Source: Naegleria gruberi
Lineage: Eukaryota
Assembly (NCBI GenBank): GCA_000004985.1
Contig: GG738863.1
Length of the DNA: 64,000 nucleotides
Direction: 5' to 3' (one strand)
The notes under the pieces were generated by a model. It saw only the letters and a list, made by a program, of their open reading frames with translations. It was not told where the DNA came from and did no database searches. Both the position numbers and the translations under genes were made by a program. This document shows positions 10,322 to 21,618 of this stretch, in pieces (the stretch's first letter is position 1; every line of letters begins with the position of its first letter).

Positions 10322-11722
10322 ATGAAAAGAAAGGCAGAAGCAGATTCTATCGAAAACGAGAAGAAACAAAAACCAAATAATTTCCAACACTATCATGATG
10401 ACTCGGAAGACAAGGTAACATTCTATCTCGATTTAAACATTGCATCAAAATTGCTTTCAGATAAAATCAGAGACAACACAGACAAGACGAAAATAAGGAG
10501 ATTTGTTACCAAGATCAAAAACAGCTCCACAGAAGAAGAAGGAAGAAATATTATGCGAGAATTCAATGTTGATGTGGTAAAAGAGAGATTTTTACTCACT
10601 CAATTGTGTAATTCAATTTTTAACAAGAAAATAATTTGGATTGGATCTTTATTCAAGTTGTGGAATAATAGAACATTTGTGGAGAATATAGTTAAACAAA
10701 GTGGTAAATATTATTCATACTTTGAGTACGCATCTGAATCATTAAGGAATGACAGAGAAATGGTGATGATGGCAGTTCAACATGACAGCTTTGCACTTGG
10801 ACGTGTATCTAAAGAATTAAAGAATGACAAAGAAATTGTAATGCTTGCTGTACAAACACTTGGCCTCACTCTTATTCATGCATCGACAGAATTGAAAAGT
10901 GATCGAGAAATTGTTTTGAAGGCAGTTCAGAAGGATGGTAAAGCACTTTCGTGGGCAGCTGAAGAATTGAAAAGCGACAGAGAAATTGTAATGGCTGCTG
11001 TGAAACAATGGGGAAAATCAATCCAAAATGCATCTAAAGAATTGCAACGTGACAGAGAAATTGTACTAAATGCCGTTCAACAGGATGGAAGAGCTCTTGA
11101 TTATGCATGTGAGGAACTGCACAGTGATAGAGAACTTGTATTGGCTGCTGTCAAACAATATGGTAAAGCAATAGAAATTGCATCCACCAAATTGCAACAA
11201 GACAGAGAAATTGTAATGGCTGCCATTCAACAAGACATTGAAGCACTCGAATATGCATCTGAATTATTAAGAGATGATAGAGAATTTATCAAAATGTTTG
11301 CTCTCTACAATGGAATTAGAGCACTTTCTTATGCAAGTGATGAATTTCAAAGTGATAGAGAAATTGTAATGCTTGCTGTAAAACAAAATGGTGTAGCACT
11401 TGCGTATGCATCTGAAAAATTGCAAGGTGATAGAGAAATTGTAATGCTTGCTGTTCAACAAGATGGATTAGCTCTTGAGTCTGCATCTGAAGAATTGAGG
11501 AATGATAGAGAAATTGTATTGGCTGCTGTTCAACAAGACGGATCAGCTCTTCAATTTACATCTGAGGAATTTCAACGTGATAGAGAAATTGTAAAAGCTG
11601 CAGTGAAACAAAATAATGATTCAATTATTTATGCAGCCGATGAAATGAAATATGATAGAGAAATTTGTGAATTACTTTCTGAGGAGGAAGATGAAGAAGA
11701 AGATGAAGAGGAGGAAGAATAA
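10322..11722 (+). CDS. DUF4116-type tandem-repeat protein with about 13 repeats of 25 aa and a poly-acidic C-terminal tail
   Basis: From about residue 150 the protein is a perfect 75-nt/25-aa periodic array, for example 'DREIVLKAVQKDGKALSWAAEELKS', 'DREIVMLAVQQDGLALESASEELRN' and 'DREIVLAAVQQDGSALQFTSEEFQR'. This matches the DUF4116 repeat consensus. It ends 'EEEDEEEDEEEEE*'. The ATG is at 10322; the track ORF starts at 10289 on GTG. Confidence 0.6.
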   Translation: MKRKAEADSIENEKKQKPNNFQHYHDDSEDKVTFYLDLNIASKLLSDKIRDNTDKTKIRRFVTKIKNSSTEEEGRNIMREFNVDVVKERFLLTQLCNSIFNKKIIWIGSLFKLWNNRTFVENIVKQSGKYYSYFEYASESLRNDREMVMMAVQHDSFALGRVSKELKNDKEIVMLAVQTLGLTLIHASTELKSDREIVLKAVQKDGKALSWAAEELKSDREIVMAAVKQWGKSIQNASKELQRDREIVLNAVQQDGRALDYACEELHSDRELVLAAVKQYGKAIEIASTKLQQDREIVMAAIQQDIEALEYASELLRDDREFIKMFALYNGIRALSYASDEFQSDREIVMLAVKQNGVALAYASEKLQGDREIVMLAVQQDGLALESASEELRNDREIVLAAVQQDGSALQFTSEEFQRDREIVKAAVKQNNDSIIYAADEMKYDREICELLSEEEDEEEDEEEEE

Positions 11723-11971
11723 ATATTTCGTGAGCCAACTCTTATTCTATGTTCTAATTGTCGAATTATGATTTTCTGATTTAAAGTTATTTCATTAATT
11801 CCTATTGCAGGAATTATTTCCAAGGTTATAAAAACTATTGTAAGGCAAATGAGGGTACAAAACATTTTTAAGTTATTTTTATCATTTCCACCAAAGAGAA
11901 TTCTTCCCGCCAACGAAATTCAAAAAAACCTTGAAGCCTCTGTTATGTGCTGAAGAAAAGGCTTAAAAAAA

Positions 11972-14764
11972 ATGCAACAACAACCTAGCGAACAAGACTT
12001 GACCAACTTTGGTATTTTGATGCAAAATACACTCAATCATGAAAATAATGTGAGAGTGAAGGGTATGTAGATTGTTGTAGGAATGTATATATAACGTATT
12101 TTTTAACAGCGGAACAAGATTTAAAGTTAATGGAAAAACAACCTGGTTTTGTGATGTTGCTCCTTACTTTTATTTCTAAACAATTAACTAACAAGTTTAT
12201 GGGTGCCCAATCGGCTATTATATTGAAGAATTTGGTGAAGAGAGATTGGGATGTTGGTTTGATTTTAAAAAACGAAGACAAGGAAATTATAAAATCAGGA
12301 GTTGTGGATATTATGATTAGAAGTGATCTTACAATCCAAGAAATTTTGTCAGAAGTAATTACAATCATTAGTTTACATGATTTTTACAAGAATTGGACAA
12401 CTTTACTGCCAGTAAGTTTATTATTTTCAACCATTTTCTTAAGAAATTTAGTATTTGGTTAATTTATTAAAAACAAACACTGATAAATTTGAATCCACTA
12501 GAGGTGTACTTGCCACTTGCCATTCACTTTTTAAGAAATATAGAGAACAAGCTAAATCCGACGAAATTGAAGATGAATTAATTTATATTATGAAAGAATT
12601 TGCCGAACCAATGTTAGGTTTATTCCAACATTTCATTTCCCTTGTCCCACAAATTACCGACCCAGCCAGCTTGAAATCAATTTTTACATGCATTAATTTA
12701 CTTTTGGAAATTTACTATTCTTTGAATTGGATTGATATTCCTGAATTTTTCGAAGATCACCTTCCAGAATATAGCAACATCTTCCTCTTCCTTTTGAATT
12801 ACCAAAATTCTTCCCTCGATAATAATCTCTATGAAGAACCAAGTCTTCTAGATACAGCTCAATCCCTTGTGTTCCAATCAATTAACTTGTATTTGGAGAA
12901 ATATGATGAAGCTTTCATTCCTTATGTTGAAAACTTTGCTACAGCAACATGGCAATTAATATCAAAGCTGGACATGAAGATCAAGTACGATAATCTTGTA
13001 TCTAAAGCTCTAGAATTTTTGACCGTCACAAGTAGAAGTGAAAAGCACATTATTTTCAAGGATGCACTTCCTGCAATTTGTGAAAATATTATCATTCCAA
13101 ACATCTCACTTCGTGAAGAAGATGAAATCATCTTCTCAGAAGAACCAATCGAATATATAAGAAGAGATATTGAAGGATCTGATTCTGACTCTAGAAGAAA
13201 ATCAGCTAGTGAACTCATCAAAACTCTTAGTATTCACTACGAAANNNNNNNNNNNNNNNNNNNNNNNNNNNNNNNNNNNNNNNNNNNNNNNNNNATTTGT
13301 ACATTCAGACAACACTTACCAATTGAATCATTCACCACCATCTTCCCATTGATTCTTAACTTGTTGAACTCCCCAGAACCTGTTGTTCTTTCTTATGCAG
13401 CTTGGTGTATTGAAAGACTTCTTACAGTCAAGGAAGATAATGGAAAGCCAAGATATTCCCAAGTTGAAATTTTGCCATATGCCCAAACATTATTGCAAGG
13501 ATTATTCTCTGCTTTGGATAACACTGAAGAAAATGAATATATTATGAAAGCCATTATGAGAGCTACAGCTGTATTGAAGGAACAAATGAAGCCAATTATG
13601 CCTGCATACATTTCCAAGATTACTAGCGTGCTTTCTGAAGTCTGTAAAAATCCAAACAATCCAATGTTTAACCACTATTTATTCGAGTCATATGCTACTG
13701 TAATCAAATTCAACAGTGATTACATTTCAGAGTTTGAAGCATCTCTTTTCCCACCATTCCAAACCATCCTGAACCAAGGCATTGAAGAATTCACACCTTA
13801 TGTTTTCCAACTTATTTCTCAACTTTTGACTGTAAGACAAGCTCCATTACCTGCTATTTATATTAGTTTGTTCCCTAATTTCTTACAAGCCCATTTGTGG
13901 GAAAGTGAAGGAAACATTCCAGGTCTCGTTGCCTTTACCTCCACTTTGATTACCAAGGCTCCTCAAGAACTTGGAAAGAATAATCAACTCGAACAAGTTT
14001 TGGGCATTTTCCAAACATTGGTCAAATCTAACACCAAAGACTACCATGGTTTCCGTATTTTGGACAGTATCATCCATGCTCTCCCATACGAAACTGTTGC
14101 TAATTTCCTCCAAGGAATTTTCTTCGTCTTGTTTGGAAGACTTCAATCTAAGAAGACTGGTCAATTCTTGAGATGTTTGATCCTTTTCTTCTCTAACTTT
14201 GCTGTTAGATATGGAGCTGATAAGCTTATCCAAGCCATTAATCAAATCCAAGCAAACATTTTCTCTCAACTTGCAAAGGCTGTGTGGCAATCCTCATTAA
14301 GAAAGGTTACAGGTAAAATTGAAAAGAAGGTCTGTGCTGTTGCTTTGATCAAGATTTTATTCAATACAGATCTTATTCAATCATCTGCTGACACATGGAA
14401 GATGCTTATTTCAGAGCTTGCTCTCTTCCTCAACCCAACAACAGATTCAAAGAATGAATTTGATGAAGATGATGAACAACATGACGATGAAGAAACAGTC
14501 CTTCAAACTGAAAAGGGAATTTCTGGAGGTTACAAAGTTACTTTCACCAAGCTCAGTTTTGCTGCTATGGGTATTGAAGATCCTGTACGTGAGGTTCAAA
14601 ATACCAGACTTCATTTCTGTCAATCTCTCACCAATTTCATTTCACCATTAGACCCACAACAAGTTCAGTTTGTTAAATCTTTAATTGTTTCTAATCCTGA
14701 ATCTGCTCAAGCCATTCTCGTTTTGATGCAAAACAATGGGTTCAGCACTTCGTTTTTACAATAA
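11972..14764 (+). CDS. CSE1: Exportin-2 (CSE1/CAS importin-alpha re-exporter), 3 exons
   Basis: Exons are 11972..12062, 12110..12411 and 12452..14764; introns are 12063-12109 and 12412-12451 (40 nt). Exon 3 contains the 50-N gap at 13245-13294. Extensive identity to CAS, for example 'RGVLATCHSLFKKYR', 'EDEIIFSEEPIEYIRRDIEGSDSDSRRKSA', 'ENEYIMKAIMRA', 'NPMFNHYLFES', 'EFTPYVFQLISQLL' and 'KKVCAVALIKIL'. Track ORF 12130..12462 is exon 2. Confidence 0.85.
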
Positions 14765-14783
14765 ATAATTTAATGAAAAATGT

Positions 14784-15815
14784 CTAATTGTCATCTTCCT
14801 TAAATGCTAAACAGAATGCTTGACCAATTTTTTCAATAATATTTGGAGTAGTAGTTGCTCGGTGATGGTCATGGAAAGCCAATTCAGCAGCTTTCTTAGT
14901 AACTAAACAACCACCATAGCATGCTGCTAACATTCTATCATCATGACCTATCTCACCTCCAGCTTTTCTATTAGCCCAAAAGCAGAATGTTGCAATGACA
15001 CCACTCAAAACATCACCTTGACCACCACATCTTCTTGGGGAGGCGTTAAATATATCACATTCCAAAACCTTATCTCCTTTAGCAATAATATCAGTCATTC
15101 CCTTTCTTACAATACAAACATCTCCAAGAGTTTTTGAAACGAAAATTATTTCCTCAGTTTCGTTTTTAAATTGAGAAATTGAGACCTTATTTTCATTGTT
15201 TGAATTGTGATACTCCACAACTGATTTCAATAAACGAGAAAATTCTGCAGGATTAGGAGTCAAGACAACATTTGAGTGTCCAACAATCAAGGCAGGATTT
15301 TCTCCAATTAAGAATAGGCCATCTCCATCCAACACCAATGGCATATTCAATTCCTTACAATATTCAATAAACCATTCTGCTTGTTGTAACATTTCTTTAG
15401 ATCTTCCAAGACCAGGTCCCAACACCACACTATTAAATCTCTTAAACATTGTTTCATAAGTTTTCCTCATAAATTCACTCAATTCCACCTTACTATTAAA
15501 CATTGATGGTATACTAGCCTCTGATTGACCATAAGAAATAGCAGATTTTTCAAATAAATATGGATAGACAACCAATTCAGGTGAATAATTTTTGATCATT
15601 AGTGCAGATTTTGAACAAATTACAAAAGACAAATCCGCACCAGTTTTCAAAGCACTAATTGCTGCATAATATGGAGCACCTGTATACTCCTCACATCCAC
15701 CAATAACAACAACTCTACCAGCCTCTCCTTTATGAAAATGATGAGTCAGAGGAGGAATAATAAATTGTCTAAGCTGCGAGAGAACAATTCCCGATGATCG
15801 AAGGTATAAAGACAT
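14784..15815 (-). CDS. NAXD: ATP-dependent (S)-NAD(P)H-hydrate dehydratase (CARKD/NAXD; YjeF C-terminal domain)
   Basis: Single-exon 343-aa ORF with 'HKGEAGRVVVIGGCEEYTGAPYYAAISALKTGADLSFVIC', 'LGPGLGR', and a C-terminal 'GGQGDVLSGVIATF'. Convergent with exportin-2, with 19 bp between stops. Confidence 0.85.
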   Translation of the reverse strand: MSLYLRSSGIVLSQLRQFIIPPLTHHFHKGEAGRVVVIGGCEEYTGAPYYAAISALKTGADLSFVICSKSALMIKNYSPELVVYPYLFEKSAISYGQSEASIPSMFNSKVELSEFMRKTYETMFKRFNSVVLGPGLGRSKEMLQQAEWFIEYCKELNMPLVLDGDGLFLIGENPALIVGHSNVVLTPNPAEFSRLLKSVVEYHNSNNENKVSISQFKNETEEIIFVSKTLGDVCIVRKGMTDIIAKGDKVLECDIFNASPRRCGGQGDVLSGVIATFCFWANRKAGGEIGHDDRMLAACYGGCLVTKKAAELAFHDHHRATTTPNIIEKIGQAFCLAFKEDDN

Positions 15816-15857
15816 TTTTTTGAAAATAAGCCAATTCTATTTTTAAACTTAAAAAAA

Positions 15858-16400
15858 ATGACCATTCTTGTGCCTCCAATTAACTTTGGTTATGTGCAGG
15901 AGAATGTCTTTCGATCGGGACAACCTACCTCTGTCAATTTCCCTCATCTAGCAACACTCAATTTAAAAACAATTATTTATTTAGCACCGGATCAACCTAC
16001 ACAAGAATTTGTAAATTTTGCAAAGGATCAAAATATTAATTTAATACACTTGACTAATCAATCTACGAAAATGAAAAAGAGTGGAACTTCTTCATCACAT
16101 ACAGGAATGGCACAATTGGGATTAATTTCGGAGGAAATTGTTGTTGAAGCTCTTGAAATAATTTTAAATAGAGAAAATTTACCTCTTGCTATTATGTGTA
16201 ATTTAGGTAGACATAGAACTGGAACTGTAGTTGGATGTCTTAGAAAAATACAACGATGGAATTTAACTAGTATTTTAGACGAATATAGAAGATATGCTGG
16301 CTCTAAAGTCAGATTACAAAACGAACAATTTATTGAATTATTTGATACAGACCTTGTTTCATTTAGGACTGACAACAAACCTGATTGGTTATATGATTAA
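15858..16400 (+). CDS. Plant-and-fungi-atypical dual-specificity (Siw14/OCA-like) protein tyrosine phosphatase
   Basis: 180-aa protein with 'FRSGQP...NLKTIIYL' and the CX5R P-loop 'MCNLGRHRTGTVVGCLRK', typical of the PFA-DSP family. It is transcribed divergently from NAXD; the two start codons are 42 bp apart. Confidence 0.8.
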   Translation: MTILVPPINFGYVQENVFRSGQPTSVNFPHLATLNLKTIIYLAPDQPTQEFVNFAKDQNINLIHLTNQSTKMKKSGTSSSHTGMAQLGLISEEIVVEALEIILNRENLPLAIMCNLGRHRTGTVVGCLRKIQRWNLTSILDEYRRYAGSKVRLQNEQFIELFDTDLVSFRTDNKPDWLYD

Positions 16401-16666
16401 TCATCGAACCATTATAAACACATCATGATCCCATCTTCTCCATCTTTCCAATTGAAAAATCCACATCCCACATTATAAAACTTATCAATATCTTTAAAGA
16501 AATACCATTTTATTGAACTGAACTTGTCTCCTATAAACACACTCGAAAGAACTCTATCACTACAGTTACCACCAATGATTTAACCACCTCAACTTCCATC
16601 TCAATTTTTTCCGTTATTTTTCATCAATTTTTCAAATTCTTAATCTACAGAAAAAAACAGCACAAA

Positions 16667-18691
16667 TTGAAAATGCCCAAAACTTCATCAGCTGCTTCAA
16701 GTGCATCTTATTTGAGCAGCTCGACAAAGCTTCCTCGTCTCGGAAGTAGAAAAGTTATTGAGGAGGAGGATTGTCCAATTTCATCACCCGAAAGGGTGGA
16801 AAGACTTTCATCAGCCAATTCAAAACTTCAATCACCTAAAAGTAATTATTCAAGTCCAACTGCAAAATCAGGTGTTTCCATAAGGGAAAGAGCTTTTTCG
16901 AGAGCAAGGAGTGGAATGGTACAACCAATATTACTATCTAGTGATGATGAAGATGGAAATGGAGGAACATTTTACCTGACTGAGGTTGGGACGATGGCCA
17001 AGAAGAAATTAAGGAAAAAGAAAATTGTTGGATGGAATGTTAAGGAAGTTGAATTAACTGCTGATGGGCCACTTCCTTTTGAATTGAAATTTGATCCTTT
17101 AATTGATAATTTAATGAAAAATATAAGAATTTCTGATTCGGATATTAAAGCAGTGTTTGAGAAGAATTTCAGTCCATACAATCATTTAAATAGGAGTATC
17201 ATACAGAATTCTTTCTGGTTTGTCTATTCATTGTTTTTCCAGGATAAACCAGAAGTTTGTGAGAGATTCATCTCTGAACTATCACTTGATAGTGCAAAAT
17301 TTGCTCTCAATTTAGGAAGGCATCACAGAGATGCCTTTTTTGAAGTGTATCATTTAGCTGTTGCATATTGTATTTTGAAAGCTTTGAGGAAACATTTTTC
17401 TGCTTGTAAAAAGTTGTTTACAACAAATTTCAAGGTTAGAGTTTACGAGGTTATATGTGAAGTGTTTTTAGGAATTAGATATAAGAGAGAATTCCTGCAC
17501 AGTCAACGAACAAAATATTTTCCAAAGAAGAGCGAAGATACCTTCTTTGAGAAGCTATTGAGGAAACAATCTAAAAAGTCAACAGAAACTTCAAAATCTA
17601 AAAAGAAAGAAGTTGATCAGTCAACTGTTTCTAAATCGACAACAGCACCTAGACCTGATTCAGCATCAGAGAAGGAATTTTATTCATCTAGTGAAGAGGA
17701 AGAAGAAACTCCAGACGAAATGGAAGAAATAGATAATACCTCAAAAGATCACATTTCTGATCAAATTCAAAAACTTGGTCTTGATGAAAATTATCATGCC
17801 CTCCCATCAGAAGTTTTAGAACAAGAGATTGAAGCAATCGAGAATAGAAAGAAGAAACTTAAATTAGCCAATAAGGAAGCATCTAAAAGTAATGTCGAAC
17901 AAGGCAAGAAACAAAAGGAATTGAGTCCAAGAATTAGAAATCCTGAATACTTTAAATACTTTTCAAATGGTCAGACAGCTCCAATGCAAGACAAGTATTG
18001 GTATACATTCCAAATGTCTCCACTGATGTTAAAAGCACTGAGGAAACCTCCAGCAGAATTTGCCTTGAATTACACATCACCCGAACTGGGTAAAAACAAA
18101 GTAAGACTAATTCACAAAGATGGTTTCTCAAAACCAATCTTCTTTGGAAGTCTGTCCGATCCAAATAAGCTTGTCAATAATGTGAAAAAATTCCAAAAAG
18201 TGTGGAATCCTGATAGTATAGAGGAAGTTGAGAAGGTTCGTCAAAGGCTCAAGACCAATAAGGAAATGAGGAAAAGAAGTACACAAGAATCTGATAGAGA
18301 TATTCGGTGGATTAAAGGGAGTACTAGGGAGGAACTGAGGGTGATCGAACAAGAAAAGAGGGAAGTGCTCCAAAATAAGGACTCTGTATCAAATGTTTGC
18401 AACCAAATAATTAAGAAGAATATTGAAGAATCAACCTCACGAGCAGAGAAACGATATCAAACTGTTCCTTCTTCTAACTTTAAAGGAAGTGCGTTTGCTA
18501 CAGTACTACATGAAAATTATAATACCATGAACAAAAAACTTCAAAAACTTGACAAGCTCCTTTCTACGACTGGTGATAGATGTTTAATAACTAAGGAACA
18601 ACATTTGAAAGAGGAAGAAGATCTTGGGACTGATCTTGATAAGAAAGATCCACCAAAAGCTCTTAATGTATCCTTATTTGATTATCTGTAG
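16667..18691 (+). CDS. Hypothetical Ser/Lys/Glu-rich protein (674 aa)
   Basis: Long ORF with clean codon usage but no recognisable domain. It has basic and acidic low-complexity stretches. Confidence 0.4.
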   Translation: MKMPKTSSAASSASYLSSSTKLPRLGSRKVIEEEDCPISSPERVERLSSANSKLQSPKSNYSSPTAKSGVSIRERAFSRARSGMVQPILLSSDDEDGNGGTFYLTEVGTMAKKKLRKKKIVGWNVKEVELTADGPLPFELKFDPLIDNLMKNIRISDSDIKAVFEKNFSPYNHLNRSIIQNSFWFVYSLFFQDKPEVCERFISELSLDSAKFALNLGRHHRDAFFEVYHLAVAYCILKALRKHFSACKKLFTTNFKVRVYEVICEVFLGIRYKREFLHSQRTKYFPKKSEDTFFEKLLRKQSKKSTETSKSKKKEVDQSTVSKSTTAPRPDSASEKEFYSSSEEEEETPDEMEEIDNTSKDHISDQIQKLGLDENYHALPSEVLEQEIEAIENRKKKLKLANKEASKSNVEQGKKQKELSPRIRNPEYFKYFSNGQTAPMQDKYWYTFQMSPLMLKALRKPPAEFALNYTSPELGKNKVRLIHKDGFSKPIFFGSLSDPNKLVNNVKKFQKVWNPDSIEEVEKVRQRLKTNKEMRKRSTQESDRDIRWIKGSTREELRVIEQEKREVLQNKDSVSNVCNQIIKKNIEESTSRAEKRYQTVPSSNFKGSAFATVLHENYNTMNKKLQKLDKLLSTTGDRCLITKEQHLKEEEDLGTDLDKKDPPKALNVSLFDYL

Positions 18692-18692
18692 T

Positions 18693-21138
18693 TTATTCCA
18701 TTAAATCAATTAATTGTTTGATAAATCTCAAATCACTAGCATTATCACGCTTTTCGCTTAAAACTTTCCAATAAAGAGAAAAATCATTCAGATTAGTTTT
18801 TTTCCTAAACCTCAAGTAGCTTGTGAAAAGTTGACTTGCCTTTTTTACCCTTCCTCCAAAGAAAAGCTTGGTTCTTTCCTGATACTCAGAGGCTTGATCT
18901 TCATATGGTAATAAATTATTAGAATAAAAATCATTGACCTCTCTCACTAGAGACATGTAAGGATACTTTAAATTCACATATGATTTCAAAAATATTCTAT
19001 TCAGTTCACTAACAACCTTTTCATCTCCTTTGTCAGTCTCAGAAAATTTGGATCTCACAATTAAACAAATTAGAGTGTCATAATTATGTTTTGATTCTAT
19101 TAGATCGGGTGGTGGATTCGAAATTACCTCCTCATCCAGTAAAGAATCAACATAATTGGTATTAGTAATTCTTAAATGTGGAATGGAAGACCTTAAATCG
19201 GATTTGATTTGAAAACTCCTATAATTGTTCGTAAAGTTGATACATTCGAATCCTTCGAAAAACATTGGAGGGAATTGATTAAAATCATTCACTGCCTCCT
19301 TGATATCTTCAATTGAATCGAAGAAGAGTTGCTTGACTTGATCTTTCCAATTGTATTGCTCTCCCAAGTCTCTCCAAACAATTTCCTCTTTCATTGTACT
19401 GAGGTTTCTACATCCACAATAAATAATTCTTCCTGATTGAGGTTGGTATGTGAAAAAGAAAGTAAAATTACTATTTTGTTCTGTTGGTTTCTTCATATCT
19501 AATTTTTCCCATAATTTTAAGAACGGCTCAGATATTTCATTTACAAAATCTCTATCCAAAATCCATTCATTTTGCCATTTCTGACTTTCGTTACCAAAGC
19601 TAAATCTCCATTCATTTCTATAATAGTACAAATTAACTCTGGTGCCAGAAGGGTTCTCTAATATTGCATAGTCTGATAGTTTTAGCTTAGTAGTGAATCC
19701 ATTGCCATGTCTTTTATCCAAGTTGTGATATTCTTCAGACAAGAACCTTGGCACACATAAAGGAGAGTAATGAGTCTCATTCTCGTTAGAAATGGCTTCT
19801 ATTATAGAACCATTACATTCCAAATACAAGTCCATTTCTCTAAAACTTAATGAGTTTTCTGCTTCTTGGAATACAAAGTCAATATCCAATTTGAAAAGAT
19901 TGCAATCATTTGGATTTGAAACGTTATCTCCCTCAATAAATATAGGTGTTACACTAATACCAAATACTCTATTTAGTGAAAAAGGTCCAAAGCTTAAAGT
20001 GATATTTTCGTAATCTCTCCTTTTAAAAGTAGATTCCTTGGAAAATGTTGTGACAAACTTATTCAAAATATCAGAAACTATTAAATTAGACTCCCTCTCC
20101 ATGGATAAACATTCTTTTCTGCATTCTCTCATAACAGCTTTAATATCCTCTTTATATTCAACCATCCATTTATCGTAAAGTGTTTTAACCAACGATTCAT
20201 ACTCTTCCCAGGTTGTATAATTGTCTGTTCCATAAACCACTTCATCATAAAGTGCATTTGTTTCCAAATAATCATAAATACACCCTCCAAACGCAATTTG
20301 ATATCCATATTTACAAAATCTAACAATTAAAGTTAAAAAAAATAAATTAAATAATTACATACCTAATTCCATGAGCCAAATTCTTTTTGACTTTTTTCAA
20401 TGCATCCTTCTTCTCCTTTTCTGTGATGTATTGCCCTTTTTGAAGACCTACCCAAAAACGGTGTGCCTTATTGAAACTAAAATTCAATTCATGTAATATT
20501 GCATTTCTTGATCTTGGCAATCTCAAAAACCAGCTATTCCAATTTTCTCTCCATCTTTTCATCTTTTCATCCTCGAATACTACAAATGCATCATTTGGTT
20601 GTTGTACTGAAAGTAAAATGACAGGTAAATGAATATGAGCATAGCCCAGTAAAACAGAAGTGTTCATCATCATAACCTCAAGCTCATAACTGACTAATTG
20701 ACCATTTGAATCAGAAACTGTTATTTCACTATGTAAATTATATTGAGTATTTCTTGAATAACCTCCGTCTGATGAGTTTGAGGAACAGAGATCATCAGCA
20801 ATAAATAATAAATCAAAATCAGAATCATTGACATTAGTATTAAACACTCTAGATCCATACAANNNNNNNNNNNNNNNNNNNNNNNNNNNNNNNNNNNNNN
20901 NNNNNNNNNNNNNNNNNNNNNNNNNNNNNNNNNNNNNNNNNNAATTTTCCCTGACATGATTCAATAGCTGATCCGATGAGAAGGGAACCCCTTCCGAGCC
21001 TTTCTTATAATTTTTACTTGGCCTACTCGACTCAGGTTCATACTTTTCATTGTATTTTAAAGCTTTAACCTCCGAGCCATTGTCAGATTTTGTTAAGGAG
21101 GCCTCTGATGAGCTTTGAATCATTTTTTTAAAGTTCAT
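18693..21138 (-). CDS. Nucleotidyltransferase-fold (polymerase-beta superfamily) protein with a large uncharacterised C-terminal domain; 2 exons
   Basis: Exon 1 is 20363..21138 and contains the 80-N gap at 20863-20942. Exon 2 is 18693..20319. The intron is 20320-20362 (43 nt, GTATGT..TAG), phase 2, joining '...HGI-R-FCKYGYQIAFGG...ETNALYDE...'. The NTase signature is 'LYGSRVFNTNVNDSDFDLLFIADD' (hG[GS]-x8-DxD). The 520-aa C-terminal part has no match I recognise. Confidence 0.45.
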
Positions 21139-21618
21139 GTTCAGAATATAACTTCTTTTTAATACAATAATAAAACATGATATGAAACTCTCGTGCTATG
21201 AACATTGTCATTACTCGAGCCAAACCGTCGGATGCTAGCTTCTCAACAATGGCTTGATAATTTTGCATTACTCAAATTGTCAACAACAATGAACGCTCAC
21301 TGCTGAACCATCTCCCTTCCTTAAGCATAAAAAAATTAGAAAGAAGGAATCAAAACTGATTTCTTTAGATTTTTGGCGGCGTTTTGATCAAGAGCAAGAA
21401 TAACGTTATTCTTGTACGAGCCATTTGTTTGGAATTATTGGATAGTAATATAATTGTTGTTATTATTGGAAAAACGATCATTATTGATCATTGTATTATT
21501 ATTATTATTAAAATTGGAATTGTATCATCATCGGGAACATTTCAGCGGAATACTTTGTAAACTTTGGATCATATTGAATTGTATTTTCATCATACAATAA
21601 TATTAGTAATAATATAGA

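Noticed and set aside
12130-12462. Track ORFs 12130..12462, 2878..3162, 22114..22368, 38213..38458 and 50672..50857 as independent small genes
   Set aside because: Each is an internal or terminal exon of a neighbouring multi-exon gene (exportin-2, PsuG, NIF phosphatase, DNPEP and PTEN respectively). Their 'M' is an alternative start codon, or simply the first codon after a stop.
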